From positions 1 to 47,003 of the forward strand of contig JBBRMQ010000002.1 in NCBI GenBank assembly GCA_038230775.1: DNA of 47,003 nt, given 5' to 3'. Both the position numbers and the translations under genes were made by a program. Each line of letters opens with the position of its first letter. Position 1 is the stretch's first letter. Source of the DNA: Thermoanaerobaculia bacterium. Its GTDB lineage: Bacteria; Acidobacteriota; Thermoanaerobaculia; Gp7-AA8. This document shows, piece by piece, positions 10,393-20,643 of the stretch. The notes under the pieces are model-generated. The model made no database searches. It was given only the letters and a program-made list of their open reading frames with translations, and was not told the origin of the DNA.

Positions 10393-11799
10393 TCAACGCA
10401 GGGTCTTTTGCAGGGCCGCGCGAGCTTTGAACGCGCGCTGATACGGGCTGTCGACGTTCGACCAGGGAACGAGGACGTCCGGCGCAATACCGGCCACCTC
10501 GTTTGCGCCGTCCGCACGCAGCCGAACGCAATCGGGCAAGCTCAGTTTTCCAGCCGAGTGCGGCAGCGTCGCGTCGATGCCGCCATTCGTGTGGCCGCAA
10601 CCCGCACCACGGGTCGGCAAGCCGGCGATGGTCGCCGCATGATTGTCCTGCATCATCGCGGTGAAGTATTCGGCGGCGGATGCGGTAGCGCCATCGACGA
10701 GGACGATGAGCGGCAGCCGGTTCGCGGACTCGTGGTAGGCGTAGAGGCTGGGATGAAAGAGAACGCCTTTCGACTGGTAGCGGTTCAGCGAGCGAGGCTT
10801 TGCGTACGGAAGGACACCGGTTGCGTAGATTGCGTCCGAGACCACCAGAGAGCAGGCTGGCGTCGTCGTGACATCGCCGAACAGCGTGGAGCGGTCGCAG
10901 GGCTTGGCTGCCTCGTCGAGCGCGGCCCGCAGCCTCGCGGAAGCGGTCAGCAACTGCGGATCGGTCGGCCTCTTCTGCAAGTCGGCCGTCACGTCAGCGA
11001 GCCGATCGGTCAGATCGCGCACCCAGTGGGCATGCCGGATAAATCCGAGGCGTGGTGCCATGAGGGGCTTCGCCGCAAGAACTCGCGCCGCGGGATCGAC
11101 CCAGTCCGATCCGCCACCGTTGCCGGTGAGGTCGACGATCACCGCCTTCGCGCCCGTCTTCGTCAGCGTGGAGATCCGTCGCTCGAGCGCCGCAGTCAGA
11201 CGGTCCGCGACCGCGCGATTGACGTCGTGACGGCAGTCGCTTTCGCACGCCGCATCTTCAGCGAGCTTCAGGTCGTGCAGGGCCGCCAGACAAAGCGCCG
11301 GGTGCAAGCTCTCGGTGAATTCACGAATGCGGATGACACCCACGATCACGTTCTTGTCGAGGTGAAGAACGCCGGCCGGCATGTCGGGCGTATCGTCGTC
11401 CGCGATTGCTGTGTATTCGGGCAAGCGGCCGAATTCGATTCCGCCGATTTCGCGGGTGGCGTAACCGAGCCGGTCGCACAGCGCCGTCTTCGGCGTCGCC
11501 AGGCGAGGTGTCGAAGGCCATTGCACGTACGCGTGGCCGTCGCCGAACGCCGCCATGAACTGATCGATCGCGATCTGCGAATCTCGATCGGTGCTAGCGG
11601 TGCGGATGCGATCTTCCGCGCGCTCCCGAAGCGCGGCAAGGTCGACCTTCCTGTCGTGAATGGCGAAGTCGAGATTCGCGTAATGCACAGCGATCTCGCC
11701 GAGCACGTAATGGAAGTCTTCAAGCCAATCCACATGGGTCGCCGCGTGAGCGCTCCACGCGAACATCATCAGAGGAGCGAGTGCGGCGTACTTGCGCAT
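10393..11799 (-). CDS. Secreted S41-family peptidase
   Basis: Signal peptide; 'FGDGHA', 'IVDLTGNGGG', catalytic 'GATASAAE', C-terminal 'GIAPDV'. Confidence 0.88.
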   Translation of the reverse strand: MRKYAALAPLMMFAWSAHAATHVDWLEDFHYVLGEIAVHYANLDFAIHDRKVDLAALRERAEDRIRTASTDRDSQIAIDQFMAAFGDGHAYVQWPSTPRLATPKTALCDRLGYATREIGGIEFGRLPEYTAIADDDTPDMPAGVLHLDKNVIVGVIRIREFTESLHPALCLAALHDLKLAEDAACESDCRHDVNRAVADRLTAALERRISTLTKTGAKAVIVDLTGNGGGSDWVDPAARVLAAKPLMAPRLGFIRHAHWVRDLTDRLADVTADLQKRPTDPQLLTASARLRAALDEAAKPCDRSTLFGDVTTTPACSLVVSDAIYATGVLPYAKPRSLNRYQSKGVLFHPSLYAYHESANRLPLIVLVDGATASAAEYFTAMMQDNHAATIAGLPTRGAGCGHTNGGIDATLPHSAGKLSLPDCVRLRADGANEVAGIAPDVLVPWSNVDSPYQRAFKARAALQKTLR

Positions 11800-11819
11800 G
11801 CTCTTCAGACGATTAAGGC

Positions 11820-12809
11820 TTACAAACGGATACCGTGCCGCTGATAGAAGTTGTAGTCGCCGAGGCGTGATCGGAGTTTCTCGAGGACTTCGGCGGGCAG
11901 CGTCGCGTCCGCGGCGGCGGTGTTCATGTCCACCTGCCGCACGTTCCTGGCGCCGGGGATCGTGGTCGATACCGCGTCGTTCGCGATCGCGAACTGGATT
12001 GCGGCCGCCGCGAGGCTCGGCGCGGCTCCCGTAACGATCGACTTCACTTCATCGACGCGCTCCAGCGCCTCCTGCAAACGCCGCGCGGTGAGAAAATTCT
12101 GGCGGATGTCATCGGCCGGAAAGACCGTGTCGATGCGGAACTTCCCCGTCAGCAGGCCGGAGGCGAGCGGAACGCGCGCGATGATGCCGTAACCTTTTTC
12201 TTTCGCCGCGGCAAAAAGCTCTTTCTCCGGCGCCTGATTGAGCACGTTGTACAGAACCTGAAGCGCGTGCGCCCAGCCATTGCGCACGACTTCCAGGCCT
12301 TCCTCCGGCGTGGAAACCGAAACGCCCCAGAAGCGGATCTTTCCGGCGTCCTGAAGCCGGTCCATCGCGTCCTGGATCTCGTCGCGGCGCAGATCGTCGA
12401 TCGTCGGACTGTGCACCTGATAGAGATCGATGTAATCGGTGCGCAGCCGCTTCAGCGAACCGTCGACCGCATGGAAGATGTGCTGGCGGGAGAAGTCCTT
12501 TCTCAGCTCGCCGTTCGCGCCGCGCACGACGCCGACCTTCGTCGCAATGACGACGTCCTGCCGGTGGCGCGGCAGCACGATGCCGAGAAGCGATTCACTT
12601 CGTCCGAATCCGTAGCTGTCGGCGGTGTCGAAAAATGTGACGCCGTTTTCGCGCGCGCGGCGGATCGCGGCGAGCGAATCGTCGTCGGACGTTCGTCCCC
12701 ATCCGATCGGCGCCCCCGATCCTTCAGCCGCTCCGCCGATGGCCCACGCGCCAAATCCGACGACGCTCACGCGGATTCCCGTCTTGCCCAGGTCGCGGTA
12801 CTGCATCAT
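11820..12809 (-). CDS. Aldo/keto reductase
   Basis: 'LGKTGIRVSVVGFGAW', 'FDTADSYG', 'IATKVG', 'SLKRLRTDYIDLYQVH', 'TIPGARN'. Confidence 0.93.
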   Translation of the reverse strand: MMQYRDLGKTGIRVSVVGFGAWAIGGAAEGSGAPIGWGRTSDDDSLAAIRRARENGVTFFDTADSYGFGRSESLLGIVLPRHRQDVVIATKVGVVRGANGELRKDFSRQHIFHAVDGSLKRLRTDYIDLYQVHSPTIDDLRRDEIQDAMDRLQDAGKIRFWGVSVSTPEEGLEVVRNGWAHALQVLYNVLNQAPEKELFAAAKEKGYGIIARVPLASGLLTGKFRIDTVFPADDIRQNFLTARRLQEALERVDEVKSIVTGAAPSLAAAAIQFAIANDAVSTTIPGARNVRQVDMNTAAADATLPAEVLEKLRSRLGDYNFYQRHGIRL

Positions 12810-13318
12810 TTTGCCGATTTCGTCAGGGCTTCTGTGACGGCGGCCGTGATGGAGCCTGTCGTTCGCATCGAAAGACCCTCGTACTCGTCGATCATCCTGC
12901 CATCACGTCCGAATACGAAAACCAGCGGCAAGCCGATGCGATTGCCGGCCCGAAAGAACTTGTAGACCTCGAGCGAACCTAAAGCGACGAAGTAGGGGAT
13001 CTTGTGTTGCGTGGCCAGGAACTTTTCGACGGCTTCCTTCTTGTCCCCGGTCACAAGTCCGAGGATGATCAGACCGTCTTTCTCGTGGTCGCGATGGAGC
13101 GCTTCGAACGTAGGCATCTCCATCAGGCACGGGCGGCACCACGTCGCCCAGAAGTCGATGACCACCACTTGCCCTTCGGGAATCAACGCCGCCAGTGATG
13201 TGGTCTTACCGTCGAGTGTCGTGACGGAGAGCCCCGATGAACGCACGTCATCCAGCGTGATGGCGTAGATCGGGGCGGCGAACAGCATGAAGGCGAATGC
13301 GAGCAAACGGATGTTCAT
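12806..13318 (-). CDS. TlpA-family thiol-disulfide oxidoreductase (exported)
   Basis: True start ATG 13318 (ATGA overlap with serA stop); signal peptide; 'DFWATWCRPC'. The upstream part of the 613-aa track ORF is out-of-frame shadow of serA. Confidence 0.88.
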   Translation of the reverse strand: MNIRLLAFAFMLFAAPIYAITLDDVRSSGLSVTTLDGKTTSLAALIPEGQVVVIDFWATWCRPCLMEMPTFEALHRDHEKDGLIILGLVTGDKKEAVEKFLATQHKIPYFVALGSLEVYKFFRAGNRIGLPLVFVFGRDGRMIDEYEGLSMRTTGSITAAVTEALTKSAK

Positions 13319-14901
13319 AAGCGGACCTGCTTGACCTCTTCCATTTCCTTGAATGATCGCAGGAAGTTGAGCGTTTCGGGGTCGAGCGGCGAATCGACGG
13401 TGATGATGGCCATGGCCTTGCCGCCGCTTCCGCTGCGCGCGAGGTTGTACTCCGCGATGTTGATCTCGCGGTCGCCGAGGATCGTGCCGACCTTCCCGAC
13501 GACGCCGGGGACGTCCTTGTTGATGATGTAGATGAGGTGCCCTTCCGGTTTGAACTCCACCCGAAAGCTGTTGACGCCCACGATGCGCTGGTTCTTCTCG
13601 CTGAACAACGTGCCGGAGACGCAGACCTCGTCGCGCGCCGATGAGGCGCGGACCGTGATGAGGTTCGTGTAGTCGACAGGCATCGGATGCGTCGTCGCGC
13701 CGATCGCGATGCCGCGATTCTGCGCCACCTGCTCGGCATTGACGAAGTTGATCGACTCCGACAGATGCGGAGTGAGCACACCTTTGAGCGCCGCGACCGA
13801 GAGAATCTTCAGGAGCCGCTCGTCGATGCCCCACGCCTCGACCGCCACTCGGGTGATCGCGCCGCTGAGGACCTGCGCGGCGAAGAGGCCGAGGCGCTCG
13901 GAGAGGTTGATGAGCGGGGCGGCGTCGGCATCGGACAAACCCTCGAACGGCAGGTTGACCGCTGACACAAAGATCGAACCGCGCAGCGCGTCGACGACCA
14001 TCTCCGACGTCTGCACCGCGACGCGATCCTGCGCCTCGATGGTGTTCGCGCCAATGTGCGGCGAGAGGATGATGTTTTTCGCGTTGAGAAACGGGTGATC
14101 TTTTCCCGGCGGCTCCTCGACGAACACATCGACGGCCGCGCCGGCCACCTTGCCGCTGTTGAGCGCATCCGCGAGCGCTTGCTCTTCGTAGATGCCGCCG
14201 CGCGCGATGTTGAGGACCATGACGCCGTCCTTCATCTTCGCGAAGTGTTCCTTCGTGATCATGCCCCTCGTTTCGTCGGTGAGCGGCGTGTGCACGGTGA
14301 TGACGTCCGCCTGCGCGAGAAGCGCGTCGAGCGAGACCATCTCCGCGCCGACTTTCTCGGCGACCGTCGAAGCGATGTACGGGTCGTACGCGATCACGCG
14401 CATGCCGAACGCTCGCGCACGCGTGGTGATGCGCGTTCCGATGCGACCGAGGCCGAGGATGCCGAGCGTCTTGCCATTGAGCTCGACGCCCATGAACTTC
14501 GAGCGTGTCCACTCCCCCCGCTTCACACTGGCATGCGCCTCGGGAATGTTGCGGCAGAGCGCGAGCAGCATCGCCATGGTGTGCTCGGTGGCCGACATGA
14601 TGTTCGCCGTCGGCGCGTTGATGACCAGAATGCCTCGGGCGGTGCACGCTTCGACATCGACGTTGTCGAGGCCCACTCCGGCGCGGCCGATGATGCGCAG
14701 GCGCGTGCCCGCGTTCACCAGCTCCTGCGTAACCGCGGTCCCGCTGCGCGTGATGAGCGCATCCGATTCCGAAACGGCCTTCAGCAGCTCGGGGCCTTTG
14801 AGTCCCGCTCTGTAATCCAGCTCGACATCTTGCGCCGCGCGCAGGATCGCCAGGCCGGAATCAGCGAGGGTATCGGTGACGAGAACTCGATGTTTGGTCA
14901 T
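13315..14901 (-). CDS. serA: D-3-phosphoglycerate dehydrogenase (long form with ASB and ACT domains)
   Basis: 'GRAGVGLDNVD', 'GLGRIG', 'PHIGANTIEAQ', C-terminal ACT 'NKDVPGVVGKVGTILG..INIA'. Confidence 0.95.
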   Translation of the reverse strand: MTKHRVLVTDTLADSGLAILRAAQDVELDYRAGLKGPELLKAVSESDALITRSGTAVTQELVNAGTRLRIIGRAGVGLDNVDVEACTARGILVINAPTANIMSATEHTMAMLLALCRNIPEAHASVKRGEWTRSKFMGVELNGKTLGILGLGRIGTRITTRARAFGMRVIAYDPYIASTVAEKVGAEMVSLDALLAQADVITVHTPLTDETRGMITKEHFAKMKDGVMVLNIARGGIYEEQALADALNSGKVAGAAVDVFVEEPPGKDHPFLNAKNIILSPHIGANTIEAQDRVAVQTSEMVVDALRGSIFVSAVNLPFEGLSDADAAPLINLSERLGLFAAQVLSGAITRVAVEAWGIDERLLKILSVAALKGVLTPHLSESINFVNAEQVAQNRGIAIGATTHPMPVDYTNLITVRASSARDEVCVSGTLFSEKNQRIVGVNSFRVEFKPEGHLIYIINKDVPGVVGKVGTILGDREINIAEYNLARSGSGGKAMAIITVDSPLDPETLNFLRSFKEMEEVKQVRL

Positions 14902-15978
14902 TTACTTCGCCACCTCTTCCAGCACATCGAGCATCGCGTCCACGGATTCGAGCGACATGTCGCCCATGTGTCCGATCCGGAAGGTCGTCGCCTTCCACGT
15001 GCCGTAGCCGCCGCCTAACGTGAAGCCGCGGCGTTTCATCTCGTTGCGGATCTCTTCCGGATTCTTTGCTGGTTTCAACGCGGTTACAGTCGGCGACGCG
15101 TGCGCGGGATCTGAAGCCAGCTCCGCGTACGGCGCGGTGCGGCGAAGCGTCAACTGGCGCATCGCTACGTGCCGCTTGAATCGCGCTTCGAGGCCTTCTT
15201 CTTCAACAATGTGCCGCAGCTGCGCCTCGAGCGCATAGAAATGCGGAATCGACGGCGTTGACGGAACGCTGCCCTCATCCGCATTTTTCTTGTAGGAGAG
15301 AAAATCAAAGTACGTTCCGCGGTACGGCATCTTCGCCGCGCGCGCGAGGGCATTCTGCGATAGCGCGAACACCGTGATCCCAGGCGGCATCGCGATGGCC
15401 TTCTGCACGCTGGCGAAACAGACGTCGAGTCCCCACTCATCGAATTGCAGCGGGATGCCGCCGAGGGATGAGACGGCGTCGACGAGGATGAGGGTATCGG
15501 GCGATGCGTCGCGAACCACACTGGCAAGCTGCTGAACATCGTTCGTGACGCCGGTTGAGGTCTCGTTGTGCGTCAGGGTGACCGCGTCGTAATGCGCGCG
15601 CGGGCTCGCCAGGTGATCGGCAAGCGCGTCGGAATCGACGGCGTTTCCCCACCCTGCGTCGAGCCGGTCGACTTCGAGCCCGAGCGTCTCCGCGATCGCC
15701 GCCCAGCGTTCGGAAAAAGCTCCGCACTGTGTGACGAGAACGCGCCGCGAGACGCAGTTCGCGAGCGCGGCCTGCATCAGGCCGGTGCCCGAACAAGTCG
15801 CGACGAGCGCGTCCTGCTTCGTCGCGAACAACGGCTTCAGGTTGGCGACGATCTTCGTGAACAGCGTTTTGAACTCGGCGCCGCGGTGGCCGATCATCGG
15901 ACGCGTCATCTCCTGCAGGAGCTCGGGACGCACCCACGTGGGCCCGGGGATGAAAAACTTGCAGTCGTCGCCTGTCAT
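14902..15978 (-). CDS. Class V PLP aminotransferase (serine-pyruvate/alanine-glyoxylate type), likely acting as phosphoserine aminotransferase
   Basis: Start ATG 15978 (ATGA overlap with serB); 'FIPGPT', 'HNETSTGV', 'VDAVSS', 'SVQKAIAMPPG', 'FRIGHMG'; lies between serB and serA. Confidence 0.88.
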   Translation of the reverse strand: MTGDDCKFFIPGPTWVRPELLQEMTRPMIGHRGAEFKTLFTKIVANLKPLFATKQDALVATCSGTGLMQAALANCVSRRVLVTQCGAFSERWAAIAETLGLEVDRLDAGWGNAVDSDALADHLASPRAHYDAVTLTHNETSTGVTNDVQQLASVVRDASPDTLILVDAVSSLGGIPLQFDEWGLDVCFASVQKAIAMPPGITVFALSQNALARAAKMPYRGTYFDFLSYKKNADEGSVPSTPSIPHFYALEAQLRHIVEEEGLEARFKRHVAMRQLTLRRTAPYAELASDPAHASPTVTALKPAKNPEEIRNEMKRRGFTLGGGYGTWKATTFRIGHMGDMSLESVDAMLDVLEEVAK

Positions 15979-16601
15979 GCGATGAGGTGAGGAATCACGG
16001 CCGCCATCTCCGTGACGAAGACATCCGCATTGTCCCTGACGAGCGGCCGGATGTGAACACCGCCGAATCCGATGAAAAGGTCCACGGCCGGTTTGGCCTC
16101 CAGGTCGCTGGCGCCGTCGCCGATCATCGCCGCGCCTCCTTTCGTCCGCGCGCGAACGTCGCGGATGACGAGCTCCTTGCCGCCGGTCTGCGTGAGAAAC
16201 GAGGGCTCGAAGCCGTCGTAAGCACCGTCGGCGAACCGGAGGCGAACGGCGTGGACGGCTCGAATCCCGAGCCGGTCCGCCAGAGGAAGAATGGCCTGCT
16301 CGATGCCGGCGCTGACGATGTGAATGACCGCTCCCGCGTCGCGAAGGCGCGCGACCGTATCCTCGGCGCCTGGAACGAGGGAGTCGACGTATTGCCTGCC
16401 GAGCGACTGGATCTGCGCATGGGTCGGCTGAATCCTCTGCAAACGCCGCGCATAGACCTCTTCCAGAGGGATCTGGCCGTTCATCGCGGCCGCGGTCAGC
16501 TTCGCAATCTCCGGGTTTCCACCGGCCAGAATGTCGATGCCTTCGATGGTGACGAGTGTCGAGTCGACGTCGAAAAACACGAGGCGGTACTTCGCTTTCA
16601 C
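15975..16601 (-). CDS. serB: Phosphoserine phosphatase (HAD-IB)
   Basis: 'FFDVDSTL..IEGID', 'AMNGQI', 'IGDGASDL', 'IGFGG'; operon context with serA. Confidence 0.85.
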   Translation of the reverse strand: MKAKYRLVFFDVDSTLVTIEGIDILAGGNPEIAKLTAAAMNGQIPLEEVYARRLQRIQPTHAQIQSLGRQYVDSLVPGAEDTVARLRDAGAVIHIVSAGIEQAILPLADRLGIRAVHAVRLRFADGAYDGFEPSFLTQTGGKELVIRDVRARTKGGAAMIGDGASDLEAKPAVDLFIGFGGVHIRPLVRDNADVFVTEMAAVIPHLIA

Positions 16602-17242
16602 GAGGTAACCACACCGATCAGATCGGAGAAACGGCCGAGGAGGTGATCGGGCTCTGCAGCACGGAGCTCCGCGGTGGTGGCCGATCCGGTGATGACGACG
16701 GCGACGCGGATGCCGCTGTTGCGCGCGGCATGGATGTCGATCGGCATGTCGCCGACGAACAAGGCCTCTTTCTTTCCGCAGCCCGTGGCAGCGAGCGCGT
16801 GAAGGACGTGCTGGGCGGACGGCTTGCGCGCGCCGGCGAGATCGGGACCGACGATCGCGCGGAAGAAACGCGCCAGCCCGAGATGATCGAGGATCTTCTG
16901 CGAGAAGCCCGTCGGTTTGTTCGTGCAGACGGCCATTGCCAGCCCGAGCGCATCGAGCTTGCCAAGGGTCTCGTGAACGTCGTCCAGCACCCGCGAGGCC
17001 GTGCAGCAGATCTCGTCGTAACGCTGTTCGAACGCGCCGACCGCACCCGCGGGAACATCGGAATCGAACGCGCGCTCCAGCAGGCGTTCCAGCCCGTCGC
17101 CGACAAACTCCTTGATCCGCCCTTCGGCCAGGTCGCCGCGTCCGTGCTCGCGCCTCGCGAAGTTGACCGCGTCCGCAAGCGCGGCGTACGAGTCGACGAG
17201 CGTGCCGTCCAGATCGAACAGAACGGCGCGATAGCGGAGCAT
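16598..17242 (-). CDS. HAD-IA hydrolase, phosphoglycolate phosphatase-like
   Basis: 'LFDLDGTLVDS', 'CTNKP', 'RKPSA', 'FVGDMPIDIHAARNSG'. Confidence 0.85.
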   Translation of the reverse strand: MLRYRAVLFDLDGTLVDSYAALADAVNFARREHGRGDLAEGRIKEFVGDGLERLLERAFDSDVPAGAVGAFEQRYDEICCTASRVLDDVHETLGKLDALGLAMAVCTNKPTGFSQKILDHLGLARFFRAIVGPDLAGARKPSAQHVLHALAATGCGKKEALFVGDMPIDIHAARNSGIRVAVVITGSATTAELRAAEPDHLLGRFSDLIGVVTS

Positions 17243-17620
17243 TCAGTCGATTCTATCGAGAAGCGCAATCGCTTCTTCGATGCTGGCGACGCGCGGCCAG
17301 CCGTGAAAGTCCTTGAAGCCTTCGACGAGGACGATGTCCGCGTTCGTGTGCGCGAGCAGATCGGTGGGCGACTGGAACGTGATCCTCCGAACGTCGCGGC
17401 CGAAGACCACGGCCTGGTTCACGCCGGCGAGGATCACGGTCGAAGCTCCGGCGTTCTCGAACTTCTCCGTGTCACCGCCGCGCTGCCCGGTCAATGGGTG
17501 ATGGGTGTGCTTGATCGCGGCCACGGTCTCGCCGCGGGCGACAAAGTGCCGGATCAACTCACAGATGCTGGTTGTCTTGCCGCTGTTCGACGGACCGGCG
17601 AAGGCAGCGACGCGCATCAC
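17243..17620 (-). CDS. mobB: Molybdopterin-guanine dinucleotide biosynthesis protein B (short form)
   Basis: 'GPSNSGKTT', 'AIKHTHH', 'GGDTEKF', 'DIVLVEGFK'. Confidence 0.8.
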   Translation of the reverse strand: MMRVAAFAGPSNSGKTTSICELIRHFVARGETVAAIKHTHHPLTGQRGGDTEKFENAGASTVILAGVNQAVVFGRDVRRITFQSPTDLLAHTNADIVLVEGFKDFHGWPRVASIEEAIALLDRID

Positions 17621-18795
17621 GCCGTCGCGCGGTCAAGGATGAGTACGGTCCAGTCGTCCGCCAGCGACGGTTCCACGCGCTGCTGTACATCGGCGATCAG
17701 CATGTCCAGCCAGGCCATGCCGCGCTGCGGGGCCGACGTCAGGTCAGCGAGAATCTTCTCGACGACGTCGTAGCCCAGCGGGTGTCCGTTGAGCGTGGGC
17801 GCCTCCGGGATTCCGTCGGAGAGGAGCACGAGTCGCTCGCCGGGCTCGATGCGCGATCGCGCGATCGTGTAGTCGCCTCCGCGATTGAGACCGAGAGGCA
17901 GGCGGATTCCGGCGCATGACACGGTCTCCACTCGATCGCGATGGAGGACATACGGATCGGGACATCCGCCGTTCGCCACTTCGATCGATCCGGTCGCCGG
18001 CTGATAGCGAACGCACACCAGCGCAACGAACTCACGCGCAGCGAGCTCGCGCGAGAGTTTCTCATTCAGCGCGGCCATCGTGGCCACCACCCCGCTGCGC
18101 GCCACGAACGGCAGGACCGCCTTCACGGAAGACATGATGAGTCCGGCGCCAATGCCCTTTCCCGCGACGTCTGCGAGCACCAGCATCAACGAACCGTCGT
18201 CGAGCGGGACGACGTCGTAAAAATCACCCGCCACGTAATGCGCGGGGAGATTGCGAGTGGTTACGGTGAACCCGACGCCAGTCACGACTGCCGGAGGAAG
18301 CAGCCGCTCCTGAATTGCTCGCGCGATTCCAAGCTCACGCTGCGCCCACTCGGTCTGCCGCACCTTTTCCTGCATTGTCTCGAACACGCGAAACAAAATC
18401 CCTGTCACGAGGACCACGACTGCAGTCAACACCATGAAGGTTTGGGCGTTTCCGCCAAACGACGGGACGGAGAGCCTGCGGTCGAGAAAGCTGTTCACCA
18501 GCGTCACGCCGATGATCCATCCAGCCGCGCCCCCGACGAGGTAGATCGCGGCTTCGGCGAGACGCGCCGTGGGTGGTGACAGCAGACGGATGATTCGGTT
18601 GAACCCGAGGAAAAAGAGCGAAATCAGGACGTAGATGCAGATGCCGATGAACGCCCCGGCCACCACCATCGTGGCTGTGACGCCCTCGGGCCGGCCGACC
18701 GCGTAGAACGTCGAGACCACGGCCCCGATCGCCATCGCGATCGCCATCTGTTTCGCCTTCGCGGCGCAATACTTCGCAATGGCGGCGCGGTCCAT
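17617..18795 (-). CDS. Membrane-bound PP2C/SpoIIE (RsbU-like) phosphatase
   Basis: Likely start ATG 18795; 4 TM helices; 'ELGIARAIQERLLP', 'VAGDFYD', 'ADVAGKG', 'SDGIPEA', 'DDWT'. Confidence 0.88.
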   Translation of the reverse strand: MDRAAIAKYCAAKAKQMAIAMAIGAVVSTFYAVGRPEGVTATMVVAGAFIGICIYVLISLFFLGFNRIIRLLSPPTARLAEAAIYLVGGAAGWIIGVTLVNSFLDRRLSVPSFGGNAQTFMVLTAVVVLVTGILFRVFETMQEKVRQTEWAQRELGIARAIQERLLPPAVVTGVGFTVTTRNLPAHYVAGDFYDVVPLDDGSLMLVLADVAGKGIGAGLIMSSVKAVLPFVARSGVVATMAALNEKLSRELAAREFVALVCVRYQPATGSIEVANGGCPDPYVLHRDRVETVSCAGIRLPLGLNRGGDYTIARSRIEPGERLVLLSDGIPEAPTLNGHPLGYDVVEKILADLTSAPQRGMAWLDMLIADVQQRVEPSLADDWTVLILDRATA

Positions 18796-18864
18796 GTCAC
18801 TGATCGTATACGTTGTATCTCGCGCATCGTTCAGGAAGGGCCGATTGAACGACAATAGCGGCTC

Positions 18865-20643
18865 ATGAAACGCGCTCTCCTCGCCTGCGTTCTTCTCGCC
18901 GCCTTCGCCAGAGCGGACGAGCCGCAGAAACTCTCGATTTCGGCCGAGGCGCTTGGCGATAGCGACGAGGGAGTCGTGACGCGGGTGACATTCCGGTACG
19001 CGATTCCCGACGAAGTGCCACACGGGGTGCCGCTCGTCATCGTGGGATCGACGAGCCAGGGCGGCGAGGTCGTCAAGCGCTTCCGCTACCCGCTTCCGGA
19101 TTCGCCCGGCAATTCACTCACCGCTGTACAGACTCTAAAACCGGGTGACATCGAAATCGAGGCGCGGTTGATGGTGCCACTCGAAACACAGGCGCCTGTG
19201 ATCGTGGCGCGCGGATCATCGAAAGTTACGGTCGCGCTCACCTCGAAGCCGTACGTCGCTGGTACTGGAGCGACCGCCGACGCGATTCTCGCGGAAGGCG
19301 TGGTGCCGCCTGATGCCGGTGCGGTCAAAATCCGTCCGCCCCGGCGGGACGTCGCGCCGAATCTCTTCCTGGTCGAAGCCGATGTCCAGCCTCCGGTGAA
19401 GCGCGTGGAGTTCTGGGTCGAAGGAAAGAAAGTCCTCGCGCGGAATGCTCCGCCTTATCGCGCGGAGCTCGACCTGGGCAAACTGCCGAAGCGCGTGGAG
19501 GTGCGCGCCGTCGGCTACGACGAGCGCGGTCGCTACGTCGATGCTGACGCCTTCGTGGTCAACGAGCGCGAAGCGCCCCTCGAAGTGAAGCTGACACGTA
19601 CGACGACGCCCGATCACATCTCGCACGTGAAGCTGAGCATCCAGAACCCGCATGGCAACGAGATCAAGACGGTCGCGTTGTTCGCCGGCAAGGCGAAGCT
19701 CTTCGAGTGGTCGCAGCCGCCGTACGCCGTCGACCTGCCAGAGACGCGGTTGAAGGACGTGCCGTTTCTGCGTGCGTCGGTCGTGGACTCGACGAACTAT
19801 GAGGCCTCCGATCTCATCTTTCTCAACGGGGGCCAGGTCAACGAAGAGCTCGAGGTCAACCTCGTCGAGCTGCCGGTTGCGGTGCTCGACGCCACCAACG
19901 TTCCGATCGTCGGCCTGACCAAAACGAACTTCCGGGTACTGGAAAACGGGAAGCCGAAAAAGATCACGAACTTCGATTCCGCTTCGAACCTCCCGATCTC
20001 GGTCGGACTGCTGCTCGATCACTCCGGAAGCATGAAGCCGCGCATGGAGGCGACGGTCAAAGCGGCAAAGGAGTTCTTCCGTCGGGTGATGAAGCCCACT
20101 GATCGCGCATTCGTCGCCGGCTTCTCTTTCGATCCGACGAAGGACGCCACGTTCGTCTCGAGCATCGGCAGCCTCGAGGCCCAGGTCGACGCCGTGCCGG
20201 GCGCCGAGGGTGGGACGGCGTTGTATGACGCAATCGTGACCGCGCTGTATCGCTTCCGCAACCTGCAAGGCCGCAAAGCGCTCATCGTTCTCACCGATGG
20301 CGAAGACACGACATCGCGCACGTCGTACGACGACGTTGTTGCGTATGCGCGTTCCGCCCGCGTTCCGTTGTACTTCATCGCCATCGGCCTCGGAATCATG
20401 GACATCGGCGGCACTTCGAAGATGAAATCGCTCGCTGCGGAAACCGGCGGTGTTTTGTATTCGGTCGGTAACGTCAAGAGTCTGCCTGAGACGTATGCTC
20501 AGCTCGAGAAAGACCTGCGTTCGCAGTACCTCATCGCCTATGACACCCAGACCACGAAGAATGACCGCGCGTATCGAACCGTCCAGGTGGAAGTCGACAA
20601 GCCTGGCGCTCACGTTCGCACTATTCGCGGCTTCCTCCCTTAA
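18865..20643 (+). CDS. Secreted VWA-domain protein (VWFA-related type) with Ig-like domains
   Basis: Signal peptide; MIDAS 'DHSGSM', 'GGTALYDA', 'LTDGED', 'LAAETGG', 'LRSQYLIAY'. Confidence 0.88.
   Translation: MKRALLACVLLAAFARADEPQKLSISAEALGDSDEGVVTRVTFRYAIPDEVPHGVPLVIVGSTSQGGEVVKRFRYPLPDSPGNSLTAVQTLKPGDIEIEARLMVPLETQAPVIVARGSSKVTVALTSKPYVAGTGATADAILAEGVVPPDAGAVKIRPPRRDVAPNLFLVEADVQPPVKRVEFWVEGKKVLARNAPPYRAELDLGKLPKRVEVRAVGYDERGRYVDADAFVVNEREAPLEVKLTRTTTPDHISHVKLSIQNPHGNEIKTVALFAGKAKLFEWSQPPYAVDLPETRLKDVPFLRASVVDSTNYEASDLIFLNGGQVNEELEVNLVELPVAVLDATNVPIVGLTKTNFRVLENGKPKKITNFDSASNLPISVGLLLDHSGSMKPRMEATVKAAKEFFRRVMKPTDRAFVAGFSFDPTKDATFVSSIGSLEAQVDAVPGAEGGTALYDAIVTALYRFRNLQGRKALIVLTDGEDTTSRTSYDDVVAYARSARVPLYFIAIGLGIMDIGGTSKMKSLAAETGGVLYSVGNVKSLPETYAQLEKDLRSQYLIAYDTQTTKNDRAYRTVQVEVDKPGAHVRTIRGFLP

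Noticed and set aside
13319-14647. N-terminal extension of the 613-aa ORF (and similarly 15979-16614, 18796-19023, 20725-21078, 26145-26516, 26557-26883, 35324-35596)
   Set aside because: These are out-of-frame or antisense overlaps with well-supported neighbours; the real starts are downstream.
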